Of a stretch of DNA of 64,000 nucleotides, positions 1 to 12,931 are shown piece by piece. Under the pieces are notes generated by a model, which worked only from the letters and a program-made list of their open reading frames with translations, was not told the origin of the DNA and made no database searches. Within the stretch, counting starts at the first letter, position 1; every line of letters begins with the position of its first letter. This DNA is from Basidiobolus meristosporus CBS 931.73 (lineage: Eukaryota > Fungi > Basidiobolomycota). The DNA lies in assembly GCA_002104905.1 (NCBI GenBank), contig MCFE01000061.1, forward strand, positions 62,001-126,000, in the 5' to 3' direction. Made by a program: the position numbers and the translations under genes.

Positions 1-3000
1 GCACTGCATTGTGCTTCAAAGACTGTATGGTATTCATGTGCTGTTACATTAGAAAATGGCTCAATTCTTAGTTGTGACATTGAGCAACTTGGGTTCCTTC
101 TGTGAGGCAAAAATACTGCTTTCTCTACCTGGCATATTGATTGCTCTACATGTATTATCCACTCATCCTGTTTCTGGGCTATTGCCTGATTTTTCTGGGC
201 TATCCATCAACCCAATCAGCCACTGCACCTAATATTGCCTCATTAGAGCCTTGGTATGAGCTAACAATATACTTGCTAATATGGGTGGTGGTGATGTTAC
301 GGTGACCACTTACTGGCCTTCAACCAAGGGTACTGCGTTTGCTACATTCTCATCTGCCTGAGCATAATGGTCAGCTTGTAACTCTGCAGAGGTTCTCAAT
401 TGCCTACTTGACTCAGAGCCTGAGGAGTCCACATTATTACCTTCCATGGGCACACTGTTAACTGGGCCTTTTTTGGATATAGCCCTGCTTGTTGCAATGA
501 ATGTCAAAGCAAGCTATTGTCCAACTTTTCTTCTGTTGTTGTCAGTGGTGGAGTTTGGTTGGAAACTAGACAACTTTGCTTTATTTTTTGGAGGTATATA
601 TGTGCAAGTGAGTCAAACCAAATGGGAAATAGTGTTACATATACATGTGTAGGTGGTACCACAACTTTATTTATAATGCGTACTATGGCAGGTTACTGTT
701 AAATCTTACATTCATGTAGGTGCAACGTCTCGAATACAAAACTGTCTTGAATTCACAAGAGTAGTGGCCAAAAAGGGATATAATAGTGTTGTATTGTTGA
801 AGATCAAATTGTTTGCCCCATGGATAAGACTACTTTGACTCAACACCATAAGAGAAGAGAAAAAAGACCATTTGCTAATGTAGGAAGCCTCTCAGCCATG
901 AAGCACATGGAGAGCATAGGAAGTATTACAAGGATCATGGCCAGTGTTTTGCCACACAGGTATATTTGACCATTCATGGGTCACTACTGTACCAACATTA
1001 TCTTGACATCCAGTTGATACTTCTATGTCAGCACCTGGCTGTCTTTGTAGCCTTGTGCAAGCTGAGTCAGGTGAGTTTGTGACGCCTTTAGGCTCACTTT
1101 AGCCCTCTAAATATAGCATGCAGAGTGATAGCTATGACAAAGAAGATTCATTGATGGATTGTGAGCCAATCTTCCCTAACAACAGTAACATATATGAGCC
1201 TGGTCTAATCCCAATATGCAATGAGATAACACCTGCTGAAACAAATGCCAAGGATTCTTTATGTAGCCAACTGAGCCCAGTATTCATCAACTGGTAATTG
1301 ATGTAATGTTGTAGCTAGAGAAGTGGCGCATTTTCACTAGTATCAGTAATGGGGGCTTTGAGGATTTAGTACTACTTCTTGCCAAAATTATTTGGGGATG
1401 CAACTCACCATGTATCCTAAAAAAACAAATTGAGAAAAGGCCAGCAAAACCCCATCATAGTATCAGCAGAATTCCAAGTTCCTCAAAACTGGCAACTCTC
1501 ATTATCTCTGTTCTGACCTAATGGGGAGGCAAGCAAACAGGTTCTCCAGGAGGAGACTGGCCAAATTAGCATCCATGCCAAATTTAGTAATTAGTTGCCC
1601 ATTACTTCCACCAAAAATTGCATTTGAAATTTTGAACCCAAGACACCAGCTGAATACCAGCAAAATACCATCAGAATACCAGCAGGATACCAGCTAAAAA
1701 TCAGTTGAATTCCAAGATGGAGATTTTTCATTAGGGTACACGGTAAAAACAAACAACTTTCATGTGGCTGGCAACAAATGATCCAGAGATGTCCTGATTC
1801 CAGCATGTGTGAACAGTTGCATTGCATTCACATCCAATTATGCTACCATTGCAACAAGTCCAAATTGTAAGGAATCCACTGCCATTGAGGGAAAACATTG
1901 CTCACACTCCAGATATGTTCCAGATATACCCCATCTAGAGAAGCTCATGCAGTCCAAAAAATGCTGCAAGGCTATATAGTACCACACTCAGTATCAGTCA
2001 AGCGCAAACATATCACATAAATTTGATGGTAAGCACTACAAACAGCTAAGAAGCAAGGGCTACTTTGAAGGTATGTATGACCATGCCTTCACCTTAGCAC
2101 TAGATGGATTCTCATTGAACAAGTACACTCCCAGCAAATTCTGCTGGCCACTGATTTGCATCTATCTAAATTTGCTACCCATCTTATGGCTTGATGGCAG
2201 TCTCACTTGTATCTGGGCCTAAATCACTGTCCAATCTGGATAGCTTCCTATATCTATTGCTGGATGAGTTTTGTATGCTTTTCAGCAGAGTAACAGTAAA
2301 TGGCAATCATGTAAATGCGCATATTATTATCTGCATTAAAGATATCCCAGCCATCCGCAAGATAGCAGGTTTTTCCAGGCACAATGGACAATATTGCTGT
2401 CAAATTGGTGAGATCCAAGGGATTTACTCCATAACTCACACACATTGTTATTACAAAAACACCAGCACTAAGAACATTATCCTCCCACAGAGAGAATATA
2501 TAGAAGTCAAGATGCAGTTGCAGCAAAGTTGGCAAGCTTAAAGCTATTGGCTGGTGTGTGGAATCAATTGGAAACCAGAGAAACATAAGATAGAGGGTAT
2601 CTGTTGGAGCAAAAGCTTTCCACTGGGAGCAATGCATTTGCGCTTAACAATATCCCTATACTGATGACCAAGTTGTACATGGGGCATTTCATGCTATATG
2701 AGCCTTGTGAGATACTGGAGAAATTTGGAAGAATTGGCAAGATATTACAGAGTATCTGCTACCCTAAATACTTCTGACAAGCTCCAACCAATATTCCTAT
2801 GCATATGCAACAATACAAATGCAAAGACTGAATGGATTGGTTATGTATTTATTCAATTGGCATTCTGAAGCCATTCCTACCAAGAGTACATTGGAAGCAT
2901 TGGGAGTCATGTGTGGACATTGTAGGAATATTTATCCAGAAACAGATCACCAATGCCAACTTGACACATCTACAGCTGTTGTGCAATAGGTTTGTGACAG

Positions 3001-4289
3001 GATGTGAGCTGCTATACTGCAAACATAAAGCTGAATGCATAGATCTCTGCCACACCTGTATCCATTTTCCACTCCATCTTGCATGGTGTGTGGAGAATAT
3101 TGGGCCTTGCTTCTACTTTTGGGAGTCTCCTATGGAGCCAATGTGTGGGGAGATAGGAAGACAAGTCAAGTTGCAGGTACTACCATATCCCAAACTCATC
3201 AAGAAAACTACCTTCAAGTCCATCAAGGATGTGATGAGTTGGCCCATGAAGAACAGCCATGAAAGGTTGTAAAATACTGAGGACAAATGTGCACATGGAG
3301 ACACATATGTTTATGGCATTAAGAAGCCAAGCAGCCTCAATGTGAGGGTAACTAGTCAAGTAATGCAAAGTTGGGCTAGATGCAACAAGCAACTAATTTT
3401 TATCAGGAAAACTCTACCAACGTATGCTGGATTACACTTGGTCACAAGCCAACTTGTACACCATTCAATATGGAATTCACACAAATGAAAGCCAGAGCAC
3501 ACCTATGAGGGGACTAGAATCCTGCAGGGAGGAGCAATATACTGGCCAAATACCATGAAGGTCTTTGCAGATATTCAGGAGGTATTCATGGCAGAAGTGG
3601 CAACAACCAAGCATATATTTGCAAGATATATATGTTACCAGCAGTACAAGGTATATGGCAGCTTTGCAAGTATAATACTAAAAAGTTGTAAGGTTGAGCT
3701 GATAGAAGTATGTCAATTGTGGCAGGTGTGCATGGTTGTGGAGGTTAGTTAGCAGGAGGCTATAGTTCTTGATTCAAACTATATGTAAAATACCCAAGGT
3801 AGTAGTGGGTAAACAAATAAAGAGGGGTGATTCTACGGTGGAATATATGAATTACACAAGGGGAGGTAGAAAAGGAAATACCATTGGGTAAATTGGTACA
3901 ATAGCATTATACAGACCTAGCATTAGGCTGCCATACATCCAATATAATGCCATTAGAGTCTTGCTGTGAGGCCATTGTAATATAGTCAAGTTTCTTGCTA
4001 TATCAGACAATTGGATGTCCTGTCCAGTTGGATTCATTCAAAATAGTTGTAGAGTGCAATAAGACCACAATAATACCATGCAATCATTGTCACCGCACCA
4101 ATCAAATCTTGTCAAGTTTTATCACTTTATTTGGTGGCAAAATTAGCAAAACACCATTGTGGTCCGATCACAAGATTGTTGAGAGGGTCACTAATTCCAA
4201 GCCACTGGTATAATGATGGTCTATAAGCAGGATCCTGACCAATAATCTGGATTGGATCCACCTACGGGACCAAATTATTTTTCATAGGG
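1..4289 (+). mobile_element. Degenerate CACTA/EnSpm (CMC superfamily) DNA transposon, copy 1 (left end outside window)
   Basis: Broken ORFs 2191-3752 carry Transposase_21/Tnp2-like motifs (LALDGFS, SLVSGPKS, DIPAIRKIAGF..HNGQYCC) and DUF4218-like motifs (HLAWCVENIGP..FWESPMEPMCG). Ends in ...AAATTATTTTTCATAGGG at 4289, the same terminus seen at 32757 and 38928. Confidence 0.85.
1415..1736. mobile_element. 322-bp MITE-like non-autonomous element with CCCTA-type termini
   Basis: Absent from the homologous site in the copy at ~36385. Starts TCCTAAAAAAA and ends TTTTTCATTAGGG, flanked by TA on both sides (1413-1414, 1737-1738). Contains ATACCAGC-like motifs at an 11-bp period. Confidence 0.75.
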
Positions 4290-4538
4290 ATGCTTACAGT
4301 GTACTCTTGGTAGCAATGGCTTCAGAAGGCCACTGAAATAAATGCATTTTCAGCTCATCCTGTCCTTGCACTTGTATTGTTGCATATGCAAATGAATGTT
4401 GGCTGGAGCCTTGTGAGAAGTACTTAGGGTAGTGGATACTCTATAATATCCAGCAAATTCTTTCAAGTTTCTCCAGTATCCCACAGGGATCATATAGCTT
4501 GAAATGCCCCATGTACAACTTGGTCATCAGTATAGGGA

Positions 4539-4906
4539 TGTTACAAGTCTTGGTATAAGAGTTGTAGAGGAATAGGGAGTTTAGCTAGTATTGTATTCAC
4601 TAAAACTTGAACTGATTTTTATTGAGGTTCCAGCAGCTCCTTATATACATTTTGCCAGATCAATTGCTGACTAATTGTATTTACTAATGTAGGTTGTAGC
4701 TGATGACTCATTTGATTGCATCATCATTACCCAATAAGATCCTACTTAATATATCTATTTCTGTCTGATAAGGATCTGCTGATTCATTTGCTGACTAATG
4801 CTACTGATTTCATAGATAATACTGATATACTGATGACCTAAGCATATACTAATTGATTTAACTAAAAACTGATCTAACTTAAACATTCAAGCGGCAGATC
4901 ATAACA
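4539..4906 (-). repeat. 3' LTR of Gypsy-A (LTR family A)
   Basis: Direct repeat of 9109-9476 with 14 substitutions by manual alignment. Confidence 0.97.
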
Positions 4907-4916
4907 TTCTCCCCTA
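4907..4916 (-). promoter_or_regulatory. Polypurine tract of Gypsy-A
   Basis: TAGGGGAGAA on the minus strand, immediately before the 3' LTR. Confidence 0.85.
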
Positions 4917-7900
4917 CTAAAGTTGAGAGGGTTCTCCTGAATCTCTTTTCTTGTGATACCAATATCTTGATGGTTCAGTATTATCAGCAAGTCTTGCAAG
5001 CTTGAGTCTGTCCCTATGCACTAAGTCTTCCCGGAAATTGCCTTGCTTGTCCACCAGTTGGTAAGTTGCAAATGGACATTCTCTGATGATCTTGAAGGGT
5101 CCTGTCCATTGTGGCTCAAACTTCTTCCGAGTGTTGTTTCTTAGCAACACAAAGTTCACAACTGTCAATGCTTCTGGTGCTATAGTCTTATCAAATCTCT
5201 GCTTCATCTTTTCTGCACTTTGAGATACTTTGGTCTGTGCCTCTTGATGTCTTTGTTCCAGTTGCTGGTGTCTACTTGGCTGACTGAGTTCATCTTCTAA
5301 GGTGTCTATAAGCTTTGGTTGTGTGAGATCTCCTGGAATCCTTGGTTCACATTGATACACTAAGTAAAATGGTGATTGCTGGGTGGTGTTGTGTACTCTG
5401 ACTCTGCATGCAAAGAGTGCTTGGTCTGTATACTCATCCCATCTACTGACAACTCCATTTGCATACTTGGTGAGCATTTTTCCAAATTATCCATTAAACC
5501 GCTCAGTGACTCCATTAGTTCTGGGTTGATATGCTGAGGTTTTCAAGTGTCTGATCTGCTGCATTTCCAGGTAAGCCTCTAATGTCTTTGCCATAAAGTT
5601 TGCTCCTCTATCAGATAAGATCTCCACAGGGCATCCAAACTTCATCAGGATCTCATGGTAAATGAAACTTGCAACTTCTTGTTCACTGGCTATTGGTACT
5701 GCTTTAGCAACTGGCCATTTAGTGGCATGGTCAATTTCTACTAGGATCCAATGGTTGCATTTCCTGGTAGTTGGCAGTCTTCCAATAAAGTCAATTCCCC
5801 ATCTCTCAAATGGTCTTACAGGCTCCAAAGGGAAGAGTTTGGCAATTCTTTGTGGCTGGCCTTGATTGATTTGGCAGTTTGGGCATGTTTTCACTAGCTT
5901 CTCAATATCTTGTTTCATTCTGGGCCACCATGCTCTGGCTTTCACAAGGCTATAGGTTCATTCAATCCCAAGATGTCCATTTCCATTGTGTAGCTTATGT
6001 ATTAAATCTAAGCAAGAAACATAAATGCAATAGGCAATAGGGCTTCCATCAACAATTTGGTAGAGTGTTTCATCCTGTACTACAAATTTGCTGGCTTCAT
6101 CACGGATTATCTTCTTGATATCTTCATCCACCTTATTAGCAATGGCTTGGTCCTCCAAGTACTTTGGTAATAGGCTAGGCCAATCTGATTCATGCACCAA
6201 GTTGAGTTGTGCAACTTGATCTAATCTTGATAAGGCGTCAGCAACCATGTTGTTTCTTCCAGGGCAGTAGACAATCTCCAGGTCAAATTGCTGAATGTAT
6301 TCACTCCATCTTGTCATTCTTCTAGAGAGTACCTTCTGAGTATATATATACTTGAGGGAGGCATGATTAGTCTTCACAGTGCATTTGACTCCTTCAATAT
6401 AGCATCTCCATGTCTTCAAACAGTGTATTATAGCAAGCATCTCCTTCTCATGGACTGGATAGTTTTGTTCTGCTGAGTTCAGTCTCTTGGATTCAAAGGC
6501 AACAGGGTAGTCCTTTCCCTTGTGTTCTTGGCTCAGCACTTCACCAATTGTATAATCTGAAGCATCTGTGCACAGAGTGAACTCTTTTCTGAAGTCTGGT
6601 ATTCTTAAGCTTGGCAGCTTAGCAAGTTCATTCTTGAGCGTCTGGAAGGCAGTCTCACAAGCTATGTCCCACTTGTAGGTATTGTCTTTCTTGAGGATAT
6701 CAGTTAAAGGGGCTGCAATACTTGCAAAGGACTTGACAAATCTCCAATAATAGGAAACCATTCCAAGGAATGATCTGAGTTCTGATATGCTATGGGGCTG
6801 CTTCAAATTTTTGATTACTTTCACCTTCTTGGGGTCTACGGTTACTCCTGTGCCAGTCACTATGTGTCCCAGATATTCTACATGTTCCTTGAAGAATTCA
6901 CACTTGGGTAGCTTGCCATAAAGCTTGTTCTCTCTTAGCTTCTTCAAGACCTTTTCAATGTGCACCAAGTGATCCTCTTCTGTCTTGCTGTATATCAGTA
7001 TATCATCTAGGTAGATTATCACAAACTTGTCTAAGTACTCCTGGAAGACAGTCTGCATCAGGGTCATGAAAGTGGCAGGGGCATTGGTGAGGCCAAAACT
7101 CATGACCAAGTACTCGTAATGTCCATATCTGGCCCTGAATGCTGTCTTAGGGATGTCTTCTAGCTTCACCCTAATCTGGTTGTATCCTGACATGAGGTCA
7201 ATCTTGCTGAAAATAGTGGCTCCATTAAGTTGGTCCAAAAGCTCATCAATCCAAGGTAAGGGGTACTTATTCTTGACGGTAACTGAGTTCAGGGCTCTGT
7301 AGTCAATGCACATCCTAAGTGTTCCATCCTTCTTTTTCACAAAAAGCACTGGTGCACCCCAGGGTGACTTGCTGGGCCTGATGTATCCTTGCTCCAATAG
7401 CTGATCAATTTGTCTCTTCATTTCCTCCAATTCCAATGGACTCATTCTGTAAGGTGTCTTGCTTACTGGAGGGCTATCTCCTGTGTCAATGGCATGATCC
7501 ACGTCTCTGACTGGCGGTGGGCTTACAAGCTCATCTGGAAACACGTCCAAATATTTCTTCAGGAGAGTCTGGACCTGCTGGAGTGCTGGGGTAGCGGAAT
7601 CCTCCTGTAATACAGCCATGAGGAACATCTGGGTACCTTTTCTAAGTGCTCTACAGAGCTGGGTCTTGCTAAGTTCACTTGTCTCACACATACTGGAATT
7701 CACCAAGTTGAAATCCAGCCTGGCAGGTAATAGCTTGTAGGTCTTGTTGTCTTTTTAGATCTGAGTAGCATGGGTTCTCCAGTTGATTGACGGATTACGA
7801 CAAAATAGCCAGGTTTTTTGAAGTACAAGGTCAAACTTGCAGTTCCCAAATATATAAGCCTGTAGGTCTTCTTCATAGTCATTGATCTGGATTCTTACTG

Positions 7901-9050
7901 GCTGAGTAATACGGTTGATTATGTGAGAGTTCCCATCAGCTGTTGAAACTGAAGTTGATTTGGTAGGTTCTGAGTTGATCCCAGCTTTCAGAGCAAATTG
8001 CTCTGACATGTATTCATGCAATGCTCCTGAGTCAATCATGATCTTGGCAGGTACTCCATTGATTACTCCATTCAAGTACAATAACTTCCCTGAATTTGAG
8101 GTCATTTGGGACAAGTATTCTTCTGTCATATGGAAGGTGAGTTCCAAGTCTTCTTCAAGCTTGTCTTCCACATTACTGTGTTCATGGGACTCAATATGGT
8201 TGAATGTTCTTGTTGGCTGGTGTCCATTTCTTCTCTGAGGGCAATACTTTGCAATATGTCCTTGCTGGTGGCAATTGAAGCAAAGTCCTTACTTCTTACA
8301 TTCTTCTGAGGTAGGATTCTTCTGCATAGGGTCTATTTCCATTGGTACTGCTTCTGACTGTCTTCTTTCATAATGATTGTAACCTTTCTGATTAGTCACT
8401 GTAGGCTTCCCAACTCCAAACATAGCTGAGTCATAGTCAATGGCAATCTTGATGGCTTCTTCAATAGTCTGAGGTCTTCAGTAATTCACTTCCTTGCGAG
8501 TTCTTTCTTTCAACCCATCAATAAAGTATTCAACTTGATCCAAGGGGTCCATTCTTTCAATTTGTCCCAGTAGACATCTGTACTCATAGATGTATTCTTG
8601 CACCATTCCTTTCTGTCTGAGTGTCTTTAACTTCCTTCTTAGTAGTGTCTGTTGGTGTGGAGGTTCAAAAGCATCCTGAATTTCCAACACAAACTCATCC
8701 CAGGTAGAGATTGTGGAGCATCCCATCATAGTGGCTGACCTGATCTTGTTGTGGTACCTCTGTAAAGCTGCATCTGCCAGGTAAGAAGCTGCATAATGCA
8801 ACTTGCTTTCTGGAGCAATTCCTTTAGCTTTAAAAGCTTCTTCAATCTGAAGGAGCTAGATTCCCAGGTTTTCATTGACTCTGCCATGGTACCGGTTGAC
8901 CTTCACACTAAAGTTGCTCTTGACAGGGCTTTGCTGGCTCTGAGCCATGGTAGTCATTCCTTGTTGCAGTTGGCTGAGGATCTGGAGTAACTGTTGCTGT
9001 TGGGCCAGGATTTGCTGCATGGCATTCTTCCATTCTTGATTGTCCAACAT
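4917..9050 (-). pseudogene. Gypsy-A gag-pol, single reading frame with six premature stops
   Basis: ORFs 8856-9050, 8478-8801, 7755-8171, 5958-7706, 5487-5945 and 4917-5477 are all in one frame. Motifs: [65 protein letters not shown]. Confidence 0.93.
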
Positions 9051-9097
9051 CTTGAGGGTGGTTGCTTCTTTCTTCAGGAGGGAGGTTTCTGGTTATT

Positions 9098-9107
9098 GCT
9101 GCTACCA
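9098..9107 (-). promoter_or_regulatory. Primer-binding site TGGTAGCAGC (3' end of initiator tRNA-Met type)
   Basis: Lies 1 nt after the 5' LTR. TGGTAGC is complementary to the conserved GCUACCA 3' end of eukaryotic tRNAiMet. The same PBS occurs at 22773-22782. Confidence 0.75.
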
Positions 9108-9108
9108 A

Positions 9109-9476
9109 TGTTACAAGTCTTGGTATAAGAGTTGTAGAGGAATAGGGAGTTTAGCTAGTATTGTATTCACTAAAACTTGAACTGATTTTTATTGAGGTTC
9201 CAGCAGCTCCTTATATACATTTTGCCAGATCAATTGCTGACTAATTGTATTTCCTAATGTAGGTTGTGGCTGATGACTCATTTGATTGCATCATCATCAC
9301 CCAATAAGATCCTGCTTAATATATCTATTTCTGTCTGATAAGGATCTGCTGATTCATTTGCTGACTAATACTACTGATTTCATAGATAATACTGGTATAC
9401 TGATAACCTAAACATATATTGATTGATTTGACTAAAAACTGTTCTATCTTGAACATTCAAGCGGCAGATCATAACA
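9109..9476 (-). repeat. 5' LTR of Gypsy-A
   Basis: TG...CA ends, followed on the minus strand by the PBS and gag. Confidence 0.97.
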
Positions 9477-10214
9477 GGGATATTGTTGAAAGGCAAATGA
9501 ATTGCTCCCAGTGGAAAGCTTTTGCTCCAACTAAGACCCTCTATCTTAAGTTTCTCTGGTTTCTGATTGATGCCATGTTCTGGCCACTGGCTTATAGTTT
9601 GCCAACTTTGCTGCTATTGCCTGCTGACTTCTCTACATTCTCTCTGCAGGAAGATGATGTTCTTGATGTTGTTGTTTGGGTTATAATAACATGTGTGAAT
9701 TATGGAGTAAGTCCCCTGGATTTCACACTTTGATGTCTATACCATCCATTGTGCCCAGAAAAGCCAGCTTTAGTGCTGATGGCTGGGTATCAACAACGCA
9801 GATAATAATATGTGCTTTGGCATAATGGCCACCTACTGTTGTTGTGCTAGAAAGCATACAAAATCATCCAGCAAAGGATACAGGTAGCTCTCCAGGTTGG
9901 ACAGTGATTTAGGCCTAGATACCAGTGAGACTACCATCCAATTTTTGCCCCAATACTGCAACTTAGGCAGCTAATTCAGGTTAATGAGAATCAGTGGCCA
10001 GCAGGATTTGCTGGTAGAGCATTTGTTTAATGCAAATACATCTAATGCCAAGGCAAAACATGGTCATACATACCTTCAAAGCAGCCCTTACTTCTTAGCT
10101 GCTTGTATGTTTGCCATCAAGTATATTGGATATGTTTGTGCTTGATTGATACTGTGTGCAGTACTTCATAGCTTAACAATATTTGTTGGACTGCATGAAC
10201 TTATTTGTACATGG

Positions 10215-10583
10215 TGTTACAATTCTGGGTGTAAGAGTTGTAGAGGAATAGGGAGTTTAGCTAGTTTTGTATTCACTGAAACTTGAATGGATCTTTATCA
10301 AGATTCCAGCAGCTCCTTATATACATTTTGCCAGATCAATTCCTGACTAGTTGTATTTCCTAATGTAGGCTGTAGCTGATAACTCTTTTGATTGCATCAT
10401 CATCACCCATTAAGATTCTACCTGATATATCTGCTTCTGTCTGATAAGGATCTGCTGATTCATTTGCTGACTAATGCTACTAATTTGATAGATAATACTG
10501 ATATACTGACAACCTAAACATATAGCTAATTGATTTGACCAAAAACTGATCTAACTTAAACATTCAAGCGGCAGATCATAACA
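10215..10583 (-). repeat. Solo LTR, family A
   Basis: Full-length LTR-A homologue flanked by TSD ATGG (10211-10214, 10584-10587). Confidence 0.95.
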
Positions 10584-11599
10584 ATGGCACTACTGGAGTA
10601 TATCCAGGGTATGAATAATGTCTTCCCCCAATGATGGTATATTCTTAACAAGTTAGACACCTTGCAATAGTGGCCAGTATCTGCACAGTCTCTGGGTCAT
10701 ATGTTGCCAGCCACATGATTGTTTTCTATTTATACCATGTATATGGAAGGATCCATCTTGGGATGATTTTGGCAAGAAGTATTAATAAATCCATAAAGCC
10801 CTCATTCCTGATATTGGTGGAAATGCACCACTTCTATAGCCACAACAACACATCATTCACCAGTAGATGATTTAGTGGGCTCACTTGACTCCATAAAGTA
10901 TTCTTGGTATTTTTTCCCACAGGTGTTGTCTTGTTGTATAATGCAATTTTGTCAGGCTCATGCAGAGTACTCTTGTTAGCAAAGATAGCCTCACAATCCA
11001 TAGATGAACCTGCTTTTTCAGAGCTATCACTATGCATGCAATGTTCAGAAGGTTGGGGTGAGCCCAAAGACATCACAAACTCACCTAACTCAGTTTGCGC
11101 AATATGACAAGTGCCGCTAGGAGCCATCATAGAAGTATCAAGCATCTGGCAACATATTGTTAGTACCATAGTGTCTGGTGAATAGTCAAATATGACTTGC
11201 ATGGCAGAACACTGGTTGTGATACTTGTAATACTTCCTATACTGTCTGCATGCTTCATGGCTGAGAGGCTTGCTACAATTGCCACATGGTCTTTTTTCTC
11301 TTCTCCTATGGTGTTGAATCAGATTAGTCTTGTCCATGGGGCAAGCAGTTCAACACTCAATAATGTAATGCTAACATATCACTTTTTTGTCAATACTCAT
11401 GTGAATTTAAGACAGTCATGTATTTGAGACATTGCACCTACATGAATGTAAGATTCAGTGATGACCTGCCATAGTAAGGCTTATAAATAAAGTTGGAGCA
11501 CCACATACACACATATATGTAACACCATTTACCCTTTGGCTTGACTCACCTCCATTTATATGCCACCAACAATAAAGAGAAGTTGTCTGGTTCCCAACC

Positions 11600-12925
11600 A
11601 AGCCCAATGGCTGACAGCAGCAGAAGTGCATTTGGACAACAACTTGCTTTGACATTCAGTGCAACAAGCAGGTCTACAACCAAAAAAGGCCCTATGGACA
11701 GAATGCCCACAGAAGGTAATAATACAGAGTCCTCAGGCTCTTAGTCAAGTAGGCAATTGGAAATCTCTGCAGAGCTACAAGCTTGCCATGTTGATGAGGC
11801 AGATGAGAATATAGCAGGAGAAGTACCTCAAGTTCAAAGACCAGTAAGTGACTGTCATAACATCACCACCACCCATATTAGCAAGTATGTTGTCAGCTCA
11901 TACCAGAGCATTAATGAGGCATATAGGTGGAGTGGCTGGTAGGATAGAAGTAATGGCCCACAGAGATCAGAAAATAGTCCCAAAGCAGGATGAGTGGACA
12001 AAAGGTGCAGAGCAATCAATCTCCCCAGTAGAGAAAGCAGTATCCTTGCCGCAAAGTAGGAACTCAAGTAGCAGAATGTCACTGCCAAGAACTGGGCCAT
12101 TTCCTGATGTAACAGCAGAGAAATGCCATACAGTCTTTGAAACACAACATCAGTGACTAAAGATAAAGCTCACAGAAAACCTATACAGCATGGGAGGGAG
12201 AAAATGTAATGTTTATACCAAAGCCTAAAAGTCAAAAGACATTGAGGATTCATAAGCCATTGAGTGCAATATTGAAGAGTGGGCTCATATTCAAGAGGCC
12301 ATCAGAAGACTAGCACACCAACACCTTAAGGCTGGCTTACTATGGGACCATTGGGAACACAAGGCTAAGCAGTATGTGCTTAACTTGCTTCATGAGCATT
12401 ATTATGTACTAAAACAAGCAAATAGGTTTTGGGCCAGCCTTGGTATACTAAAAAAGTAATCCCAAGGGTGGCAGAAACTATCAAAGGCAGAGAAACAAGG
12501 GTGCAATGGCTATAAACCAGCAGTCTCCTCAAGAGCCTGTATTAAGCAGGGCCCAAAGCTCCAAACAAGCATCAACAAGACAGCAGGTAGCTGGAAGAAT
12601 GCCAATAAGGGAAGAGCGGGCAGATACAGATGCTCTGGCACAACATTTATCAAGGAAAAAGCATGGCTCTACTCAAGAAGCACTCAGTCAAAGTAGCAGC
12701 AAACAACCTGGCAGTGATAAAGCAAGTGGCTACCTCAGGAGCCTGTCACAGCATGGGCTGAGAGACTGATACAAACAGAAAGAAAGCAACAGGTTGCCAG
12801 CAGAGTGCCAGCAAGGGACAAGCAGGCCAAAACAGATGCAACAGAGCAGCATTTATCAAGGAGAAAACATGGTACCACACATGAGCCCAGTCAAATCTCA
12901 ATATGCAATGCAACAACACCCTTTG
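11600..12925 (+). pseudogene. Degenerate second ORF (ORF2) of the CACTA element, divergent from the transposase
   Basis: Coding-like fragments (11541-11744, 11757-11942, EWAHIQEAIRRLAHQHLKAGLLWDHW near 12280, 12506-12769) are homologous at the start to 310-507 (minus strand) in copy 1, so this is part of the element. Confidence 0.55.
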
Positions 12926-12931
12926 AAACAA

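Larger units (their letters stand above)
4539..9476 (-). mobile_element. Full-length Ty3/Gypsy LTR retrotransposon (Gypsy-A), inactivated
   Basis: 368-bp LTRs (TGTTA...TAACA), 4-bp TSD GGGA (4535-4538, 9477-9480), PBS and PPT. Domain order Gag(CCHC)-PR(DSG)-RT(YLDD)-RH-IN. Confidence 0.97.
4290..12925 (-). mobile_element. Degenerate CACTA/EnSpm transposon, copy 2, interrupted by Gypsy-A (4539-9476) and a solo LTR (10215-10583)
   Basis: Reverse-complement homology to copy 1. The sequence at 4538 resumes at 9481, and that at 10214 resumes at 10588. The N-terminal Cys/His segment of the transposase lies in ORF 10834-11337. Truncated at 4290 by the right terminus of copy 1. Confidence 0.8.
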
